Assembly: GCA_028023455.1 (NCBI GenBank)
Contig: JAQFVV010000003.1
Span: 24,862,001-24,926,000, forward strand
Origin: Epiperipatus broadwayi
Lineage: Eukaryota > Animalia > Onychophora
DNA length: 64,000 nucleotides
Direction: 5' to 3'
The notes beneath the pieces were generated by a model. It was not told where the DNA came from. It ran no database searches and was given only the letters and a program-made list of their open reading frames with translations. The translations under genes and the position numbers were made by a program. This document shows positions 27,360 to 41,285 of this stretch, piece after piece. Each line of letters begins with the position of its first letter. Position 1 is the stretch's first letter.

Positions 27360-29230
27360 AAATGACAGATTTGTTAACTTATCAAATTACAGAATCCCAT
27401 TTAAGTAAGTTACAATCCTGAACACTGCACCTAGATATATGAAAGGAGGTTGGTTAAATCCTCACCTGGAGATGGTGGCAGAATTGGAAACTGCATATGA
27501 AATGACAAAAATAAAGAAAAATTATTTGACTGAATGGTTGCAGTATTAAAAATCAATATAAAAAGGATAAACCAATCACCCTGGATTGAAAGCATTAAAG
27601 CATTTAAAAGAATCCTCAGTAAAAATAAAATTACTTGTATGAAAGAGGGCAATGATCACCCCTTCTTATTGTTGAATAATAACATATTCAAAGAGAAACT
27701 GCTCACACAAATAATAAACAAATTATAATGTCAAAACCAAAAAAGAAAAGTTTATAATGTGCATAGCTAGAAAATGTATACACAAACTATATGACAAGAA
27801 GCAGTACTTACAAATGTTCCCATCAAATACTATACTGCCTAGGTTATTTTCATATATTAAAATGCACAAAGAGTACTATGTGCTCCAATTAATGATTGAC
27901 TTTAGAGGAGTGTATTATTATAAAACATCCATATATGTAGCACAATTACTAAAAGAAGAATTAATTTGGCCAATACCCTTTAAAATCATCATTTGAATTT
28001 GTGGACTGCATTAAAAATACCAACAATTCCAACCAACACAGACTCGTCTCTTTTCAATGTCATGCAACTTTATGAAACAGTAAACAACACAGAATCAATT
28101 AAAATAATCAGTGAGTTAATAAATAAAGTGACAAATACACATAGAAAAGAATTCATTGTAGAGTTCTTGATATGGATAGATAATGGTATTGTGGCTACAT
28201 ATAGAGATAACATGTTTGAAATGGTAGAATCATGGCGAATGAGTCTATCTGCTAACATAATTATATGTAAACAGACTTTGGCTTATAAAAAACTAACATG
28301 ATTAGCCTTATATTAAACATACACAAAAATTGTATACCCATATATGTTGACAATATCTATATATGCATACCACAAGACATCATCAATCACATGTTCATCA
28401 AAATGAACATGCATTCATAATTGATTTGGACCATTGAACTAGAGGAAGATAATCAAATCCAATCTCTTTGACTTAAAATTAAAGCAGACTCATTATACAC
28501 TATAATATAAAATGTTTACCAAACCCTTTATATCAGAACATGTATAGATGTGAAGTCACAAGTGCCCATATTACTTAGATTTCCAGGATTAAAAACCTTC
28601 CTATACACAATAATTATTTACATCAGTTGAATCTGATAGACTTAAGAATGTAGAGTTGTATATAGCTGATTTGGCAAAAGTATGATATAACAGAATGCAC
28701 ATACACTGATATATATACAGCAACTCAATACAAAAATAGCAAACAAAAACGATTATAGAAATAATAAAAAAACTGGATTGTCATATCATATTAACCACAC
28801 ATGGGTAACAAAATAGTACTGATTGGTTCAGTGAGATTTAATGACAGATTTAGAACACCTATTAACTTAAATAAACTTATTAACAACATTGAAGAATAAA
28901 ATACAAACATTGGACCAACCCAACATGGATTATGTTATAGGGTGCAGCCAAAAGAACTGTTCATATATATATACTATATTGAGATAAAGGCATTCTTAAA
29001 ATAAGAATGATGCAACATTCTCTGATGTGTAGAAATCAGACAAAATTGAATGCCACTAGTGTATCCATCTTTTACAATCATGGAAGGGAACACAGTCATA
29101 GTTTTGTTCCAAATTGTGTTAATATAATGTTCAAAGAGAGAAATGATTGTAAAATCATAGTCAAACAGATGTGGATCATCAGAAAAAATGAATACATAAT
29201 AAATCAGAGAACAAATAGTATTTAAATCAG
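27360..29230 (+). pseudogene. Decayed Penelope-like element ORF (RT + GIY-YIG endonuclease)
   Basis: ORF fragments LPRLFSYIKMHKE..LQLMIDFRG (PLE RT PRLYGLPKIHK..LRPI motif), FNVMQLYETV (SFDV.SL motif) and MSLSANII. A GIY-YIG-like C-terminus follows (LCYRVQPK.C...KIRMMQH...HSHSF...MWII). Many stops and frameshifts. Confidence 0.8.
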
Positions 29231-32200
29231 CAAAAAATGTTTTTTTTTCCAGCAGAATAACTATGAATATAACACGGAAGCATCAAAAGTATATTTGATG
29301 CTAATAATTCAATAGACATTTTAAAACTCTGATTTAGTATTTCTTTTTTATATTAATATACAAGTAATATTAAGGAGTCTTAAGTACTTTTCCACAATTC
29401 CTGCACAATGATTAATGTGTTAATAATAAAGTATTTTTCATCAGACTAGTGAAATGTTATCTGGTGTAGGTTTTCATTGCTTCTTCCATTCCTTTCCTTT
29501 AATATATTTTTTAAAAAATAGCCAAAAATTTATTAATCAAATGGCACCTAACTTAACTGACTTTCTAAAATATATACTAAAAGAAAAAATTCTCACTTAT
29601 TTAAAAGTTTTAAGCTCAACTTAGATTCAAAGTCCAATTTATGAGTAAAGCAGACAGATATACTAAACCACAAGAAAAAGTAAAAGCAAAGCATAAAATA
29701 AGCATCCATAAGTATTATATTTCATAATACCAAAAAAAAAAAAATTATAGCATATCAACATTCATCTGATTAACTAGAATAATCTGAAATCTTTATTCAC
29801 TAGTTAATAATAGTTAAATACCTACTTAACAATAATAACTAGATAGCTAGTTCTGTTGGACATGGGCAATCAATTGGAAAAAAGAACTATGCCTACTTGT
29901 GATTTTAAAAAAATTCTAGGATTGTGGGCATAGCAGATAGATGCATAACTAACATTCCCAGGAGTCCTTATTAGTACGCTATATTATATTTGTGATTATA
30001 TCAAGAGGCTATACATGTATATTAAAATAAAAAAGTCTGGAATAAACTCTACATTACTAAAAATATTACTATATCAGAATCATGAGTAGCAATTTTTTAT
30101 TTATTTTTAAATTATAAATTATAACTGTAAATGCTACTCAGGATATCATATCTGCTGAAAGCTGGCTATATATTTCAAATATTGTACAGTTTACTTTCAG
30201 AGTTTTTGTTTATTATATTTATTTTATATGATGTGTGTATATATATATATCATTATACTTTGATACTGTCATTATAACTATTAATGTAAAAGAAATTACT
30301 AAGTTCAGGGTTTAAATTTAGTAAAATTTATTGCACCAAGTATACTTTCAACGCTTTCGTGTTATATTCTTGGTTATATATTGTAACGATATATAAATAT
30401 GCCGTTACATTAATTTGAAATAAAAACTTTTAAGTTCGCAAATAAAAATAAATGTATTAAAAAAAAACTAAACGCTAAAATTAAAATGTTTGTTAAACGT
30501 ATATATATATTCGCACAGATGCAAAACTTTAAAAAAGAATTTTTTTTATAAATAAAAAAAGTATTTGAACGTACTTTTTTGATAAAAAAATACAAGATTT
30601 AAATATAAAAATATTTTAATAAAGAAATAACGTAAGTAAAAATAAAAACAAGTATTAATTAATTCCTGTAATCTGTAAATGGAAATGATTGTTTATTAAT
30701 TGAAAAGCAGCCTTGGGGCTCTTGTGTAATTAAAAAGTCAGATGAAAATTAGATAAGAGAATAAAGAGAATTAGCTTGACCAATGGAAGCACCAAGCCTC
30801 AGCCCGGACCCTAATGAAAATAATGGATTAGTGATATTTTGTTGGTTGAATCTGTGTGGATACTATAAAAAGAGAAATACAGTTTTCCTGACAGTTTTTC
30901 CAACTTGATTGATGCACTTGTCATTCTCTCTCACTTATTTAAAAAATGAAAAGACTGTGATACCATGAACCAGCTAATGCCACCTCCAGAACATTAGATC
31001 GATCTTCCAATGGAGACGTTGTGGGAATTAAAACAAGAACCTGGATTCTTCTTCCGTAAGCTATATAAACTGAACAATTGTTAAAATCATAAAATTAATT
31101 AAGAACTTTCCTCAAGAGTTGACAAGTTTAATAAACAAGCTAACCTAAATTTTGAATGGACTTTTATCTGACTTTTGTAAGTTTTCAGATCAATTAATAA
31201 TGTTTAATTTTATATGTTTTGGGTTTGATAAAAATCATTTCCATTTTTTTTCTTATTGTATACATTATTTAAATGCATGAAATTTAAGTTGGGTATAGAC
31301 ATTGCATGGATTCGTTAGCGGTTAATTATGTTGCTGTTTCATATTCGATTGGAATATATAGGTCATTAGTGTCATTGCGGCATCTTATGATGAATGCTAT
31401 TGGGCTTCTTGTATTCCCTCTGCAATTGACGTTATCGATGACTTTGTATTTTGATTGGTTATGTTTATTCTGGAATGTTTTTAACCGTGGAATCTATGCA
31501 GCCAATCTATATTCAACATTATAAAACAAATTTTATTAAATTCATCTGTGCAAACATATCTAAATGTTAAATTTAAGTCGGGCATGAATGGCTATATAGT
31601 TTTGTAAAGTTATATTAAGGGAGGGTAATCTTAGGTTATTCATTTCGTAGTTAAATTAGGTCAATGGATTGGATATATTTGTGTAATTAGTAGATGTAGT
31701 ATGAGTTTTGCTATGTGCAGAATCGCTGTATACACTGCACCAACCCTTTGCTTATGGATGGGATTGTAAGACAGTAAAAAGGAATGCGGTCCCTTCCTAT
31801 GGAGTCTTTATTTTATTGTTCTTCTTGCCATACAGATGTAACATTCCTGTATTGGTCAAGAGTCAATGTCTTCTCTAACTATACTGTTCAGATGTCCATT
31901 CCTGACAGTATAGTATATTTGTGCTGTTGTATTTCATGCTACATTGAATACATAAATGTATCAGATGGATTGACGCCAGTTTGACTGTGAACTTTTGGCC
32001 TAAGGTTAAATAAGGGATAGAATATTTTCTTTTCAAATGCAGATCTATGTAGTCTATTCATACTCGACCATCTAAATAAAATATTAAACTCATTGCAATC
32101 TATTTAAATTTAAAATTAAAAGTTACTATAAAAATATAAAATGTTAAATGTATTCCTCAAAATTTATTTATACGTGCGTTAAAAAATGTTTGTGTGTTAA

Positions 32201-34042
32201 TTTCTGGCAGTGGCTTTTATTTTTTTTATATATACAAATTAAACAAGTTATTTCTTATCTCTGTGTCTCCATGAGCTAGTGACAATGGGCTAACGATCTA
32301 AATATTTAAATAAAGTGGAATCTTAACAGCGTGTATCTGCTTACTTTATAAATTTTTCTAGGCTCAAATGCCTAGATGGCGCCCTTGTAGTGCAGATTGC
32401 GGTTAGATTCGATCTCCACTGTCTTTTGGATCGTTATAATATATATATATAATAAAATATATGCATATTAATGTGTAAAATAGAATAAATTGTTGATTGC
32501 CATAAATCTGCTGCACTATACTAAAAGCACACCTAGTTATTAATATTTTATAGCATATTTACTTTGTTTCTTACATTGATGTCTGTGTAGTTTATTTACA
32601 ATTATATATAATTTATTATATATATGTAAAGGGAGTTAAAAGATGGTTGTTAGATTCTTTGCCAATTGGTATGTGGTAATAACTAGATAATAAGATATTA
32701 TGACAAACAAAAATAATTGATTATTATTGGTGAAATTTTGCCATTATTTTTTATCTCTTAAATATGATTAATTTGAGTATTATTTTATACGAGTAACAAT
32801 AAACTTGAATGAGTCTTTTACATCATTAAATTACAGAGTAAACTCTTAAAAAATAATTCTTACATTAATAGAAAAATATTATGCATTTCATGGTCACTCT
32901 TTCAGATAGCTGCTTATAGTCAAACATCCAATATTGATCAGAAAAAAGATATCTAATAATTCTTAGAGGATAAAACAACTATGAAAAATTTTCCAGTTTT
33001 GACTACTTGGCAATTAGTAAGCCTGGTGAATACTGCTTCCTCCTGCATTCTATTAGCGTTATTAAAGAAACTTTGTCCTTTAATGGACTATATAAGGACT
33101 ATTTTACCATTTACCTAAATGCAGTATATATAAATGGTAGATAAATGTCAATATCTTGATGTAGAATGAGTTTAACAGATATTAAAATCATATGTTCAAA
33201 AGATAAAGCAAACATCACGTTGCCACGAGAAGTAATTACCTATAAAAAATTTCCCCTTTATAATGCTAAATGACAATTTGAAGAGCTTAGGCAGATAAAT
33301 TATAATTACAAAATTTTATATATCATTGTAGTATTAAACCTAATATAAAAAAATAAACAATTTTATTCTTTGAAAATATTTTTCTTTTATAATTGATATT
33401 TTCTTTACATATGGGAGGTATCAACTTCATTCAAACTTGTCTAGAAAATATAGTGAAGAGGAATTTAAAAGCTAAAGCGCCTCCGTTACCCACATGTATG
33501 TTTAAACACATTAATAATTTACTTCTCACTGCTTATCAATTATATTTTAAATAAGACTTGATAAAATGTGATTCAAACTAATATTATTAAAAAAAAAAAA
33601 ATCATTTTCAAAATTGCCGTTCATAAATATATGTTGCACCTTATGAAATGGATCATTAGAACCCTCACTCTAGTCTAATCATTATTAATACTGTAACACA
33701 CACACATTACACACCAAGACTTTCAAAAGCTTTTGTGCGTAAATACTCAGAAGCCTCATAAAACGTTTGTTAAAATCACTACTCCATTTTGATAATTAGC
33801 AATGGCGCACAAACACACGCATATTACACATCAAGGCTATCAAAAGCTTCAACATTTCCATTCAGTTATAATCACTACTTGTGGTTTGTGTATATCATCA
33901 GAATGTTGTGCTTCCATCGTTTTCAACAGAAAATAGAAAGGCTTTGCCAAAGATAATATCAAATGATCTCTTAGGAAAAAGTGGAGAAATCAGGAGGAAC
34001 CTCATAGATAAATATATGAAATTACTACATACTGTTGCCTTT

Positions 34043-34316
34043 GGCAGGATGGCTCAGTTGGTTAGAGTGTTACCTTACAATTCAATAATCAAGAAACTAA
34101 GGACCCAGGTTCGAATCCCATGATAATACTGTCACTGGTCAGGCCAGAAACACTTGAAGAAGTGGGGAGAAAAATACCTCTCAAAACGTTGTGCATATAC
34201 TAACCTGTTTGCTGTGATATTATTAACAGTTGGTGCATATATTAATCTGTTTTCTGTGATATTACTAACAGTTGGTGCATATACTAACCTGTTTGCTGTG
34301 ATATTACTAACAGTTG
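34043..34316 (+). mobile_element. tRNA-derived SINE with a hammerhead-like segment and a 3x42-bp tandem tail
   Basis: A box tggctcagttgg (34050-34061) and B box ggttcgaatccc (34108-34119). A 42-bp unit gtgcatatactaacctgtttgctgtgatattattaacagttg is repeated three times at 34191-34316. Confidence 0.7.
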
Positions 34317-35039
34317 AATGTATTTGGCATATTTAAATAAAATTAAACTTTTCTAAAGACATTCAACACACATATTAAATGATGGAAACAGTCCAATATA
34401 AAAATACATCCTTAGATAATGTTTCCATGCATAAAAAATATGCTTTAAAACCTTGTTAGTCAATTGTGACACTTAGCCTCATTCTCTAAATATGTATAGA
34501 TTAAATTCTCTGCCAAAAGGCAGATACTAAAAGTAAACTGTGGGACAAATGCTCATAAGAGAGGACAACTAAAATTATGCTTTTTGTTTTCATAATCAGC
34601 ACATTCAATCTCATTTGAATAACCCAAAATGAATTTTTACACTTCAACATACCACTTTTTATTCCTATGATTTTTCAAACAGTTGCTGCTTAATGGATTT
34701 TATAAAGTATGCTTATGATCCAAACATTAACTTCCCATTCAAAAAAAAAAAAAAAAGAACACTTTTAAATGTGTAATCTATAGTTTAAAGTAGGTGAATA
34801 AATATTACTTATGATCTCTGAGAATATATAATTAGTAAAGAAATATTCATATTTTATCTAATTTTATCCTCTGGCTCAGAATATCAGCAACATCCAATTA
34901 AACTGGTTCTGGGTCAGATATCTGGAAAAAAAAAAAAGTAAACTTCTCATGAAAATTCCCAAGCTCTTGAAAAAATTTTGCAAATTCCATTCAGATTTTA
35001 GTTTACTTTTATGAGCATTGAAGATGAATATGAAAACAA

Positions 35040-35345
35040 CTACATCAGGAAACTCTTCAAATATATATTTACAGAGTATCCCATGAGTCCAGCACTGGAA
35101 GATTATTATATATTTATATTTTTATAGACGATGATATAAATGTAAATATATATTATTCTTTTTATTGAAAACTGGAAGAAATCACTAAAAAATTTAACAG
35201 ATAAGTTGAGATTGCAATTGGATAATAATACAGAGTAGTGATAGAAGATTTCAAGCTCAACTTATGAAAACGAGATCCAAACATTAAAAAAATTGGTCTT
35301 AATTTGCACCTTGAGAATAGAAATAAACATATTGAACAAGTTCTG
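35040..35345 (+). mobile_element. RTE-type AP endonuclease remnant
   Basis: Broken frames EYPMSPALED, VVIEDFKLNL and KIGLNLHLENRN resemble QVYAPT, IMGDFNAKVG and GKYGLGERN. Confidence 0.4.
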
Positions 35346-38300
35346 TAAATAAAAGATTTTAATTATTCTTTCTTATATTTTTTTTCTTACAATGCTGAAA
35401 TTATAGAACATTATATACGTATATATAATTTTTCCTTAATTGATAACTGGTAGCCTGGTAATATCTTCTTTGACTGCTTTGTCTATAGAGGTTTGATGAA
35501 GAGATTTACATTTATAATATAGATATTATTTTTTAATTTGATGTGTGTGAATATATATATAATCACTTTTATTAAGAGCACTTGTGAAGGAATATGAAAA
35601 AGAAAAAAAAAGAGAAAAGACAAAAATTGTATTTGACTTGTGTAATGACAATCAAAGAAAAAACCAGTTTTGAATCAGAATTGTTATACATTTAGTTAAA
35701 GGATAGAAATGTGATTATACAAACAAATAATACTACTAACACAATTAATACAGAGATACAACTACTGGCATGAGATGCTCATTGACAATTGAAAACTATA
35801 TTAATCTAATTATTTACATACAGTAAGTTAAAAAACAACAACAACAACAAAAAAAAAACAAATAAAAGAGATAAAATCTAATTACATATAAATATATAAA
35901 TTAAATGTGCTTAATCCTAAATTAGAAATAATATTAACTGAGTCATATTGTCTGAGATTTTTAAAAGTAAAATTTGTGTCTTTTGCCCTCTGGTGAAAAT
36001 TTTGTGAAGCTTTTTTTTTTATACAGCTTTAAAATTTATATATATATTTTCTAATATTTTAAAGACATAAAAATTCATAAGATAGCAGAAAAATTGAATA
36101 GGTAGTCCATCAAAGCATCTCAATCTCTGGGATGATGAATAGGCATTATATATTTTGTGCTCTCAAACTTTGCAATATTACTTTGAGAAAATATTACAAT
36201 TGTTGAGAAAATATTACGATGGTCTAAAAACTTGATTTTTTGGAAAGCTTATTATTTATTTGCATTGTAATTGTGCAATAATTATTAAAAATCAAACATA
36301 AATGTTATTACATATTTATTTTTTACAGAAATGTTTTATTTTTAAATATAAAAGAATATATTCTTTTGAATATTGTTACTATAGAGATTACGAGGGCAGA
36401 AAACATTGCAGTCTAGAAATGAGGTCATTCACATGATTATTATATTTAGTGATATAAAAAATTACAAAAATATTGTAAACTTTTAAAGCATAAATCAATA
36501 GATTTAGTAGTTATTAAAAATAATTTGTTCAGATTTTTAAAACAAACATTAAACAAAGAAGATTTTGTTCATTTTGCAAATTGAATCAGCTCCACCTGAA
36601 ATTTGATAATATGACAGCATTTTGTTTTGACTACAATATAATTTTTAAAATAATTTCAAAAATCAAATGTAATTTTTTAAAATTTATTTAATTTTTAAAC
36701 AAAAATATCTATCGAATGAGGTCAAATTTATTATATTTTGATAAATAATAATGGTTTAATATCAAAATGAAAGTTGAAAGCTTAAATCTAAATCTGGCAG
36801 AATACAGGAGGATTAATTAATGACATATTTAAATAAGCAAGCCAATCAATTTTCAATTTTGTAATAATACTTATCCTTATTTTGTAAATAAGTTATTTAA
36901 TAAGTGAGTAACTGAATTATTTAAATAGTTTAGGAGTTATATATATATATGTAATTTTTATTAGTCATTCATTAAACTAGAGTCTATCAACTTAATGAAT
37001 ATTTCTGGACTGTAATTTTCATTATCAATGAATAATATTTCTGTAGAATAATTTTCACTAATTAATAAATATTTTTGTAATGTAATTTTCACTATTACTG
37101 AATATTTCTGTAGTGTAAATTTACACTACAGAAATATTATTCATACATATTATAGTGGTATGCCTATTATTAAGCTTATATACATATATGTTTACATTTG
37201 TTACCTGTTTTGCTTTATATGAGGCAACTTATTCATATCTATATTTTTAATGTACATATTAATTAAATATTTATAATTTTTCAGAATGTTTATTTTCAAA
37301 ACATTCCAAACTATAAATAAAAGTTTGAAAGGAAAAGCTGGTTATAATTTAGACTAATTAATAAAGATTCAATGCTAATATCTGTCTATGCGAGTTTAGG
37401 TAAGATTATTCAGTAAAAGAAAATCTAACTAAAAAGCTTATTATATTTATTTTATAAAGATTAAATGATTTATGTTTTATTAATATCTGGAAATTCTAAA
37501 ACTAACTTTAAATGTATGTATAATATATCAAAATTTATATAAAGATTTTACTAGATAATCTATTCTAGAAGACCTATAACATTGTTATGTGTAATTATGA
37601 AACAAGAAAGGATAACAAAAAAGTATAATATAAAATCAAATTTACTTACTTGCAATCTAAATCTGTAGCTGATAACATCGGACATATTTCCTGTAGATAT
37701 ATACAGTTGATATTCATATAACAGAATGTTCTGTTAGAAGCCAAGTAAAAAAAGGGTCAAATGCCATTGATACTGCCAATATCTGCCTATATGTTTGATG
37801 ATTGGCATTTTACATGCATTTATAAGTTCTCACCATTTTGTTTGGTGAATCCTATTGATATATGTTATTGTAAAATTTCAATAATCAGTTTTATATTTCA
37901 TGAAATTCTTCCATAAAAAACAATGAGATAAGAAACTTATTCCATTATAAAATAAGCCATTTGATCACAACTATACCAGCATTCCTTAAGAGAAGTTATT
38001 TATGACTTAGAAGAGCCAAATGAAACTTTATAAAGATAAGAGTGACCATCTTATCTTTAACCTACTTTCTAACTATATAGGCAAATCTAAAGCATTTTGA
38101 TTTGAGAATGTGAAGCTAGTAAATTCTTCACTAATTAAGTCTACTACCTTGTTTAGAAATTAACATTTACAAAATCTTTCAATTCACAGCGAATTAATAT
38201 TTAGATCTTATAATTAGAAATATTTTGAATCAATTCAAAGTTGTAAACATCAATTCTTATTAAGTGCATGATCAGCACATAAATACATATAAGGCTCTTA

Positions 38301-38716
38301 TCTTTATAAAGTTGTAATCTTGTGTTAAGATTTGTAGAGATCCTTCTAGTGGCAAAACTAAGCACTCAAGATGCATAGCATTAAGGTTAAACCCTTATAT
38401 GTATTTATATTATAAGCTTCTGAGATCATTAATCATTTATTATTTTTCATCTGAAGTATATCTGAAGTTAATAAAATTACCCATTGACTTTAAATATTCA
38501 TTATTGTAGAGCCTTATCTTCGATTAATATTTACAAATAGATTTTATAGTTAGTAATTTCATTCAATAAAATTTAAATAGAATATTAAGAGTGTCTCAAA
38601 ACATAAATCCATATAATTAAAAATTAGCACCTAAACCTAAAGGGCATCCCTTTTGCCCATATGCACCATTACAATCTTGGTGCCCAACATGCAGCCTGAA
38701 AATAAATAGTCTAAAC

Positions 38717-40229
38717 CAGCGGTCTTCAACCCTTGGTCTGCAGACTGGTGCTGGGCTACAGAAGTTATCTGTCAGTCCATGCAGGACTGGCAGGAAAGTT
38801 TGTAATAACAAAATAATAAGATTTTAAACTTTTAATTAATATAAACAATTTTTATTTATTTTTTCATCGCAACTGCTTAAATAAAATTAATTATAAATCA
38901 AAATTTTATTTAAATTATTAGATAATACTATAATTACTAAATAATAATCGAAGAAATTTATCTGAAAATGCAATCTTTAAAAGACAAAGTGTCAATCTCA
39001 CAATAATTGCACCACTCCTAACACATCAATTTCTATACCTAGTAGGCATTTCTGTATTGCGTCAGCTCATTTATTGGTCACATATAGCAAATTTTTTTAT
39101 TGCATTTGTATCATCTTTTTATTCTGTGTGTGGCATTTCTTTTTGAAATTGTAAACTTCACAAAATAGAGACAAAAAAGTCAAATAGTAAAACCTTTTGG
39201 CCTTCTTAAGAAGAGACAAGTATAATATTACAGTAAAAAGTGATGCTGATACTGAAAGTATGCCAAGTAATAGTGTTTCAATTCTTCAAGAATGAGAAAA
39301 AACAGATATGTCGATACTTCAGAATGTGGAGGGAAAAACAAAAACAAAAAAGGTCTTTTTGTTTCCTACAATAAAAATTAACAAAAAGGGTCAATTTATT
39401 AGAAATTACAGTAAGGAATATTTAAAACTTGGTTTCATAGTTGCTCCTGACAGTGAACTATTACCACAGCCTTTGTGTGTATGTTCCGAAATTTTGTCAA
39501 ATGAAGCTATGTGACACTTTACCAAAAACAACTTTTCAACTCAATTTTCCCAGTAGCTTTACAGGTGGTCCTCAGGTGACTTCAAGAGTAAACAACTAAT
39601 GCAATCTGGTATTATTTTAATCTCATTTTTATCCAATTAAAAAAAAAAAAAACAGAATGAAAACAAAATCTAATCAATCACACATAAATTAATTAGTTTT
39701 TCTAGTTGTCACAGATATTTATGGGGGGGGGGGTAGAATTAGATTTTTTTATTATTTTTCTAAAAAAATTCAAAATTAAAAAAAAAGTTTTTTATTATAC
39801 AAACTCCACATACATATAACTTCATCTTGTATATTTAACATTAAATACAGATATTACATTTATCATAATGATTATCATGTAATTACACTAGCTGTGATTT
39901 CCCAACATTTAGGTGAATAACATTTTATTCATGCATGTTTTAACAATGAAATAATAAATGTAGCAATGCAGACACATTAATGAGAACATACTGTCTTCTG
40001 TAGCAGTATGACTGTGCAACTCGAGAAAGTGTTCAGCATGTGAAGGTAAGCAGCACCATTACAATACACAGTAACTAGTATGTTGTTTTGGTCAGTTATA
40101 ACAATTATGCTCATCTAAGGCTAAGTAGTTTAAATCTTTAAGAAAATTTATCTGTAAACTTCTGCCGGTCCATAAAATCTTATCCTTATTTTTGCTAGTC
40201 CGCAGGTGTGAAAAGATTGAAGACCACTA
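38717..40229 (+). mobile_element. Non-autonomous hAT (Charlie/Buster-like) DNA transposon
   Basis: TIRs cagcggtcttcaac and attgaagaccacta, with a perfect 8-bp TSD gtctaaac (38709-38716 and 40230-40237). Internal ORF 39308-39514 (RNYSKEYLKLGF...PQPLCVCSEILSNEAM) resembles the Buster/ZBED5 N-terminal zinc-finger region. Confidence 0.88.
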
Positions 40230-41285
40230 GTCTAAACAAGTTAATTTATTGGCATTCACATAGTATATAAAACTTTATCATAAGAAATTAAATTTTTAAA
40301 TAGAAAAAAAAATAAGTTATCTTTTTAATTTAAAGAAAATAGAAGTAGATAGGATTCTTTTATTTATGCATGTTATTAATTTAAATTTATAGGCAGTGAA
40401 AGAAAGGTGGACCCTGGACTACTACATTACAGAAAAATATTTATATTTACTAAAAGATTAGTTACTCTTAGATAATATTGTATTTTACTAACAACTTAAT
40501 ACTATGGATGGAAATAACCAAGATTTAACAGGTGGTCTAATCTCAGTTTCTAAAATTTTTTTAACTTTATTAAGGATTAGAAGCAAAATTAGAAGCTAAT
40601 TCTCAAAAATTAAAAGCAGTATGAACTGAAAATGTAACATTAAGGGAAGAGACTAAGATAGAGTCCATAGCTAAGAATTGAATACAGAGATTCAGAAAAT
40701 GAACAAAAAATTACAAAAATCTCAACAAGGATATAAAGGATTCCAAAGGCAGATTATGGAAGACAATAAAATTCTCAGAGAAGAATTTAAAATTTTAAAA
40801 CAGGAATGGAATATTCATTCCAAACCTTATGCCAAGAATGTGATTTAAAGTTGGAAAATGTTAAATTTCAAAAAGATGAAATAAATAAATCCACACAAGA
40901 GTACTGCACACAAATTATTAATGAAATAAAAGGAAAAGAATTTAAAGAAATATGAGAAAGGATCCAAATGGCATCTGATATAGTTGTAAATCAATTTCAG
41001 GAGATGGGATGACAATTGGATAAACCAAACATTAAAATTACTGAAGTGAACAATAGAATGTGTTAAAACAAATGAAGGAAAGAGAATGTGACAACATATT
41101 AAAACCAACAGAGGCAACATGGAGATGAAACATACAAAAGATAAAGAACAACAGGTTAGAAATTTATAATTATCATGCAACACAAACAATTAGAGAGATG
41201 TCAGTGATCAATGACAAGATAGAAGGGTTAAAGGCAATAATATAAATTGAGATAAGCATGTTATCTATTAACAATGTATCATTAA

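Noticed and set aside
32372-32382. CTCF-like core ctagatggcgc (similar string at 24573-24582)
   Set aside because: A short motif that is also common in transposon sequence; the second instance lies within a LINE fragment. No independent support.
34043-34125. tRNA gene
   Set aside because: A and B boxes are present but there is no cloverleaf or acceptor stem; interpreted as a SINE head.
34191-34316. CRISPR-like repeat array
   Set aside because: Contiguous tandem units with no unique spacers, in eukaryotic context and with no cas genes.
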